Assembly (NCBI RefSeq): GCF_000012285.1
Contig: NC_007181.1
Coordinates: 840,001-872,000, forward strand
Direction of reading: 5' to 3'
From: Sulfolobus acidocaldarius DSM 639
GTDB lineage: Archaea > Thermoproteota > Thermoprotei_A > Sulfolobales > Sulfolobaceae
DNA length: 32,000 nt
Shown here one piece after another: positions 27,391 to 32,000 of this stretch (its first letter is position 1; every line of letters starts with the position of its first letter). Under the pieces are notes generated by a model. It saw nothing but the letters and a program-made list of their open reading frames with translations, searched no databases and was not told where the DNA came from. The position numbers and the translations under genes are program-made.

Positions 27391-27411
27391 TATTTAACTT
27401 AAAACTCTACC

Positions 27412-27948
27412 ATGACAAAACTCGTGGCTACTTTAGGAACTTCACCAGGAGGAATATTAGAGACTTTTCTGTATCTAGCGAAAAATGGAGTTGATATTAA
27501 TGAGATAAGAGTTATAACAACAAGAGATCCTGAGGTTGAAAAAGCATGGAAAATCGTTAAATTAATGTTTGTGTGCTGTTTGAAAGAGAGGTTCTCTAAG
27601 GTCGAGATAATCCAGTTTCCAGTATCAATAAACGATATAAATACAGAGCAGGATCTTAAGGATTTCAAAGCCTTTGTGAACAACCATATCAGCTCTGAGG
27701 ACTATGTCGATATAACAGGGGGTAGGAAAGGCATGTCTGTAGCTGCTGCATTAGCTGCTAAGTCAAAGGGAGCTAAGATAGTTACGTCCATAATTCCTCA
27801 GGATGAATATAGGAGGATAAATGATCTGATAAAACAACTAAAGGACATTCCAGAGATTAAGGATACAAGGGATTGTAGGCAAGATTTGAAGAACACTTAC
27901 TGTAGCTTAATTTCTAGCAATGCGAGGACCATAATTTTTGAGATTTAA
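27412..27948 (+). CDS. crn1: stand-alone CARF-domain protein, Crn1-type cyclic tetra-adenylate ring nuclease
   Basis: N-terminal LVATLGTSPGG (Ser at position 11) and DITGGRKGMSVAAALAA are the two CARF signature loops. At 178 aa it has no effector or wHTH domain. Size and sequence closely resemble my recollection of Sso2081-type Crn1. Confidence 0.75.
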   Translation: MTKLVATLGTSPGGILETFLYLAKNGVDINEIRVITTRDPEVEKAWKIVKLMFVCCLKERFSKVEIIQFPVSINDINTEQDLKDFKAFVNNHISSEDYVDITGGRKGMSVAAALAAKSKGAKIVTSIIPQDEYRRINDLIKQLKDIPEIKDTRDCRQDLKNTYCSLISSNARTIIFEI

Positions 27949-28138
27949 TATAAAGTAACTTTCAACGTTTTTATATTCATTTCAACTCATTTAACTATTA
28001 ATTAAAGAAGGCACAACGTACTAGAAAAAGTCTCGTATGTGAAATACAATCGTATTTCCCACTTAGACTAATGAATTAAGAGGATTATAATACATTATAC
28101 TTTAGTTTTTAAAAGAGTTTTATTAATATTTTAATGAA

Positions 28139-28948
28139 ATGGATTTTGTTTCTGTTGGAGGAAGGAAATTACATTTTACTCAAAGCGGAAAAGGAAAGAG
28201 GAATCTGGTACTACTCCACGGAATACCAGGTTTCTGCTATGACTTTAGACATAATGTAGATGTCTTATCAAAAAAGTTTAAGGTCACTAGGTTAGATTTT
28301 AAGGGATTTGGACACTCTGAAAAGGGGGATTACGATGTGGACGACTTTCGTGTTGAAGTTCAGGCGAAGGAGATAATGGAGGCTCTTAATAAATTAGATA
28401 TTCATGACTTTGTCCTTTTAGGTCATGATATTGGCTCAATAGTCTCACAACTCATAGCCCAGGAAACTAATTGTGACCTAGTTTTAATTAATCCAGCATA
28501 CAAGGGCATGAGAGGAAGATGGAGAGACATAGCTAATGAGTACTGGTATATCTTCTTCCATCAAATTCCTATTGCTGAAAAAATGATTACTAGCAACTTG
28601 CGAGATTACATTAACTATTTCCTAGACCATCTGACTGTCAGGAAATTTAAAGAAGAGGAAAAGGAGGAGTATTTCAAAGTATATGAAGAGCCTTACTCTG
28701 TAAAAGCCCTTGTGAATTGGTATAGGGCATATGTCTCTCATTTTAGGTGGAACAACATAAGGAAAATAAAGAGTAAAACGCTAGTATTATGGGCTGAAAA
28801 CGATCCTCTTTTCCCTACTTCATGGGTTGATAGGCTATGGGAGGAATTTGAAGACTACAAGTTGGTGAAAATCCACGACGCAGGACATTGGCCACATGCT
28901 GAAAACCCTGAGGAAGTTAATAATGCTATACTTACGTTTTTTGATTAG
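28139..28948 (+). CDS. alpha/beta-fold hydrolase, Asp-nucleophile type (epoxide hydrolase/dehalogenase-like)
   Basis: HGIPGF oxyanion motif, nucleophile elbow LLGHDIGS (Asp in place of Ser) and a C-terminal HDAGHWPHAENPEE catalytic His region. Confidence 0.8.
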   Translation: MDFVSVGGRKLHFTQSGKGKRNLVLLHGIPGFCYDFRHNVDVLSKKFKVTRLDFKGFGHSEKGDYDVDDFRVEVQAKEIMEALNKLDIHDFVLLGHDIGSIVSQLIAQETNCDLVLINPAYKGMRGRWRDIANEYWYIFFHQIPIAEKMITSNLRDYINYFLDHLTVRKFKEEEKEEYFKVYEEPYSVKALVNWYRAYVSHFRWNNIRKIKSKTLVLWAENDPLFPTSWVDRLWEEFEDYKLVKIHDAGHWPHAENPEEVNNAILTFFD

Positions 28949-29142
28949 GCGAATGGACTATCGACTTTAATAGACCTTTAAAGTTGAGAGAACAGATGCA
29001 AATGCCTAGAACGGTCTTGGTCTAGCGTTATCCTAGGTCTCTCTAAGTGATCAAATTGGACGTAATCATCTCTGTCTCGAAGGTTGGTTCAATTTCTGAA
29101 CTTTTTTGATAGCTAATAAATCTAAAATACGCATACAGTATC

Positions 29143-29940
29143 ATGGAACTGTTGAAATACACCGTAAAAAGATTGTTAAGGAATCCATATGTCCTTTTCT
29201 GGGCTATAGGGTTCATGATATTCTGGGAGGTCATAGGGGCTTACATACAGTCCAAGGGTGTACCAGCACAGTACAGTCAATATTATATAGCAAGTTGGTA
29301 TGCTATAATTGCTCTATTAGCCTCTAGTGCAGTTGCAGTGAGCTCAACTTTCATGCTTAACTATCAAACAGGTGGTCTTTCCCATCTATTTAGGTTTTCC
29401 AGACTATCACCGTTATACTATTTGCTCTCAATATACTCGGGAATTACAATAGTTATCATGATAGTCTCAGGAATTATGTTGGCGACAACATATCTGTTGT
29501 TTGGAAGTAAGTTTGGTTACGATATTGCACTTCCAAGAAATATAATAGCTTTCGCTCCCGTATTTATACTTACTGGGCTTTTCTACACTGCACTTTCAAT
29601 AGATTTGAACATTTTAAGCCTGAAAACCACTAGAAAAATAGGTAATGTCATTAGTTTCTTGCCATTAATCATTAGTTATCTTTTTGGCTTTTCTTATCTA
29701 TACACTAACTTAGGAAATATAGGCTTAGGAAGTCCCTTCGTGAATATAGCTATGTTATCTTATTATGCTTATATGAATCAAGACCCACCACTTTACCTTA
29801 TTGGAAATGTTAATTCCTCCATATCCCCTGTGTTACCCCTTATAGTTCTAATATCGTGGATAGGTCTCTTGTCAGTATTAGCACTGATGTTCATAAGAAA
29901 CCTGTATCTCAAGCCTTTAGAAGAAGGGAGGTCAATTTAA
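29143..29940 (+). CDS. ABC-2-type transporter permease
   Basis: 265 aa with about 6 hydrophobic segments. It ends 1 nt before the ABC ATPase gene. Confidence 0.6.
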   Translation: MELLKYTVKRLLRNPYVLFWAIGFMIFWEVIGAYIQSKGVPAQYSQYYIASWYAIIALLASSAVAVSSTFMLNYQTGGLSHLFRFSRLSPLYYLLSIYSGITIVIMIVSGIMLATTYLLFGSKFGYDIALPRNIIAFAPVFILTGLFYTALSIDLNILSLKTTRKIGNVISFLPLIISYLFGFSYLYTNLGNIGLGSPFVNIAMLSYYAYMNQDPPLYLIGNVNSSISPVLPLIVLISWIGLLSVLALMFIRNLYLKPLEEGRSI

Positions 29941-29941
29941 C

Positions 29942-30712
29942 ATGATAGAGCTCAAGAACGTGAAGGTTTATGGCGAAAAAAACAAAGAGATTATAAGGGG
30001 AGTGACCTTAAGTTTATCGAACAAAACTCTATTGTTAGGTCCAAACGGCTCAGGTAAAACCACTATATTGAGGGCTATCTGTGGCATAAGAGATTATGAC
30101 GGTTCAATTAAAGTTGATGGAATGGAGGTAAAGAGAATCAGTAGGTTCACTAAATTATCATGTAATTTGTCAGAGGCTTATTCGCTGGGGCTAAAATTAA
30201 TAGATAAACTGGAATTACTCAAGGAAATAAAGGACTTAGACATTAGTTTAGCTAAAAACATGCTTAAAGAAGTAGGAATAAGCAATCTTAACCAAAATTA
30301 TTACGATTTATCCTCTGGTCAAGTTGTGCTATTTAACACGGTCTTGGCGTTAGCCTCATATCCCAAACAGATAATAATTGATGAGCCATTCGAAAACGTT
30401 GATTATGCTAAGAGGAAAGTGATAATCAATTGGTTAAAAGAATATGGAGAGGAGGGATTAATAGTTACACATGAGCTTGACATGTTGAGTTCATTCGAAG
30501 GATACAATCTTTATCTTATATTTGAGGGAAAAACGTTTGGTCCCATAAAAGTCAACGAGTTCTTAGAGTCTTCAATAGTAGAGGGAGAAGACCCCTCAGC
30601 TTTAACTGTTGTAGAGATAAAAGGTAAGAAGTTTTCGATAACTATAGGTAAAGATCGCGGAGATAAAATTAAAAACTTAAATAATATAGATAAATTGTAC
30701 TTAGGCGTCTAA
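29942..30712 (+). CDS. ABC transporter ATP-binding protein
   Basis: Walker A GPNGSGKTT, signature LSSGQ, Walker B IIIDEP and H-loop VTHE. Confidence 0.85.
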   Translation: MIELKNVKVYGEKNKEIIRGVTLSLSNKTLLLGPNGSGKTTILRAICGIRDYDGSIKVDGMEVKRISRFTKLSCNLSEAYSLGLKLIDKLELLKEIKDLDISLAKNMLKEVGISNLNQNYYDLSSGQVVLFNTVLALASYPKQIIIDEPFENVDYAKRKVIINWLKEYGEEGLIVTHELDMLSSFEGYNLYLIFEGKTFGPIKVNEFLESSIVEGEDPSALTVVEIKGKKFSITIGKDRGDKIKNLNNIDKLYLGV

Positions 30713-30713
30713 A

Positions 30714-31331
30714 GTGACACAAGAGGATGTGATTAAAGAAGCTAAGAGGCTAGCCTACTACACTTTGAAAAGCGAGATGAGAAAAGCTTTAGCAAAATAC
30801 TATCTATTGTGGTCGACTTTTCCAGTACTATATTCACCTATTTATTACATCACTGATAGTCTAAGCCTGAAAAGTTTTCTAGTATATACTCTCGCATTTT
30901 TCATACCTATTCTTGTTTACATGTCTCTTACCTTTGTCTTCTACCATAGAGTAGCAAAAATACGGAGAAAATTCTACAAAATTTATCCGGAGATAAACTA
31001 CATGTTAAGGGGAAAATTTTTCATCTTATACTTCATGATCGGTATACTGTTGACCATTTTAATTATTTACTCCTATTATGTTTCAAATTCAATTTTCACT
31101 GAAATTTTAGGAGTATTTTACGTTGGTCTTGTATTCGTTGGACTATATTTTAGTTACAGCATAGTAGGTATAAGATTCTATGATATTATCGCTATGGTTA
31201 GCTTTACAGCATTCATGTCTCTTTCAAATCTAAATAACACTGTTTCAGTTATTGTCTATTCATTTTTCACAATATCGTGGATTTTCGCTGGTTACAAATC
31301 AATTAATGAGGTTATAGAGAATGAGCGATGA
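30714..31331 (+). CDS. membrane protein of the ABC operon
   Basis: 205 aa with about 5 hydrophobic segments. The GTG start is 1 nt after the ATPase stop. It overlaps the downstream regulator gene by 11 nt. Confidence 0.55.
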   Translation: MTQEDVIKEAKRLAYYTLKSEMRKALAKYYLLWSTFPVLYSPIYYITDSLSLKSFLVYTLAFFIPILVYMSLTFVFYHRVAKIRRKFYKIYPEINYMLRGKFFILYFMIGILLTILIIYSYYVSNSIFTEILGVFYVGLVFVGLYFSYSIVGIRFYDIIAMVSFTAFMSLSNLNNTVSVIVYSFFTISWIFAGYKSINEVIENER

Positions 31332-31626
31332 TCTAAAGAAGATTATCGAATTACTGAATAACCCTGTGCTCTCAAATTCGTCAAGACTAGGAATTCTCAT
31401 ATCATTATATATTCTAGGTAAAACCACATTCGCTGAGCTTCAAAAGTCTACTGAAATACCTAAGAGTTCCCTCCACATGCATTTGCAGATTTTAGAGGAA
31501 AATGGACTGGTTACTGTAAAGAAGATACCTACTTTGTCAGGTCCTAGGACGATAGTGCAAATAACTGAAAAAGGTGTAGAGGAGATTAAAAAATACATAA
31601 ACGTGATCAGGGACATAAAGATATGA
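31321..31626 (+). CDS. winged-helix (ArsR/SmtB-like) transcriptional regulator
   Basis: 101 aa. LSNSSRLGILISLYILGKTTFAELQKSTEIPKSSLHMHLQILEENGLV is a typical HTH plus wing. Confidence 0.7.
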   Translation: MSDDLKKIIELLNNPVLSNSSRLGILISLYILGKTTFAELQKSTEIPKSSLHMHLQILEENGLVTVKKIPTLSGPRTIVQITEKGVEEIKKYINVIRDIKI

Positions 31627-31833
31627 GGTCGTTTAATATAACAAATTTCTCCCACATGCTGAACGTGATTTAGTTTATGGTTCTCAGTTACGGAACGCCC
31701 AGAGAAAAAGATACCTAACTGTTACCACTTCTACAAATATTCAGTTAATAGTTGCCTTAAAATTCCTGGGCTTTAAGGGAAGCCATTGCTTAAAATATTA
31801 TAAGTTCTGGTACTAAATTTATATTGAGTAGTT

Positions 31834-32000
31834 TTGGACGAGGAAGAGTTTAGGTCAGCGCTTAAAAAATGGATTGAATCTAATTCTCCTGCTGATTTAA
31901 AAGGTAGAAGGATTCTCTTCGATACAGTTGAATTCGATGATTATCAGAAGATTAGAGAATGGCAAAGGAAACTGTATAGTGCAGGATATCTGGGCATAAC
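31834..32000 (+). CDS. acyl-CoA dehydrogenase, N-terminal fragment (runs off window)
   Basis: Manual translation from TTG 31834: (M)DEEEFRSALKKWIESNSPADLKGRRILFDTVEFDDYQKIREWQRKLYSAGYLGI. It resembles ACAD N-termini (W..L...G..GI). There is an upstream in-frame TGA at 31825-31827 and a TATA-like TTAAAATATTATAA about 35-45 nt upstream. Confidence 0.5.
   Translation, partial: MDEEEFRSALKKWIESNSPADLKGRRILFDTVEFDDYQKIREWQRKLYSAGYLGI

Noticed and set aside
27399-27683. 94-aa minus-strand ORF overlapping the start of the CARF gene
   Set aside because: It is fully antisense to the Crn1-like ORF, which has strong CARF motifs and a well-placed promoter. The antisense translation has no recognisable features.
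1-32000. Search for CRISPR arrays, cas genes, tRNA/rRNA genes, transposases or integrases, prompted by the CARF gene and the AT-rich spacers
   Set aside because: I found no regularly spaced direct repeats of 24-37 bp. There are no GC-rich cloverleaf-like segments, no DDE, tyrosine or serine recombinase motifs in any listed ORF, and no Cas protein signatures other than the stand-alone CARF domain.

Overview
AT-rich, gene-dense archaeal chromosome segment that looks Sulfolobales-like. Support for that: BRE/TATA-like boxes about 25 nt upstream of many ATGs (leaderless style), 4-nt ATGA/TTGA gene overlaps, a thermopsin-like glycoprotein, archaeal Elp3 and a Crn1-type CARF protein. I support about 32 protein-coding genes. 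I found no rRNA, tRNA, CRISPR array, transposase or integrase. Recognisable content: (1) a tightly coupled Elp3 / NOL1-NOP2-Sun RNA m5C methyltransferase / membrane Ser-Thr kinase operon; (2) two MFS transporters, one coupled to an FGGY sugar kinase; (3) an acyl-CoA synthetase, a group II PLP decarboxylase and an Asp-nucleophile alpha/beta hydrolase; (4) an ABC-2 permease / ABC ATPase / membrane protein / wHTH regulator operon; (5) the start of an acyl-CoA dehydrogenase at the right edge. Best candidates for something undescribed: (a) an orphan Crn1-like cyclic-oligoadenylate ring nuclease (27412-27948), divergently paired with an operon of unrecognisable proteins (193 aa, possible 37-aa leader ORF, about 570 aa) and followed by a polytopic membrane protein, with no cas genes or array in the window; (b) a ParA/MinD ATPase fused to a degenerate KaiC/RecA-like domain, 6 nt upstream of a processive cellulose-synthase-like GT2 (D,D,D,QxxRW), reminiscent of bacterial BcsQ-BcsA; (c) a three-copy intergenic hairpin motif ending in an invariant GAGGAAGTCA, with compensatory stem changes between two copies; (d) a 70-codon tract in the acyl-CoA synthetase with no A-ending codon; (e) a small protein with an AEP/PrimPol-like DxD...GxHxH pattern. 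All functional calls rest on motifs read by eye and remembered family signatures. No searches were run.
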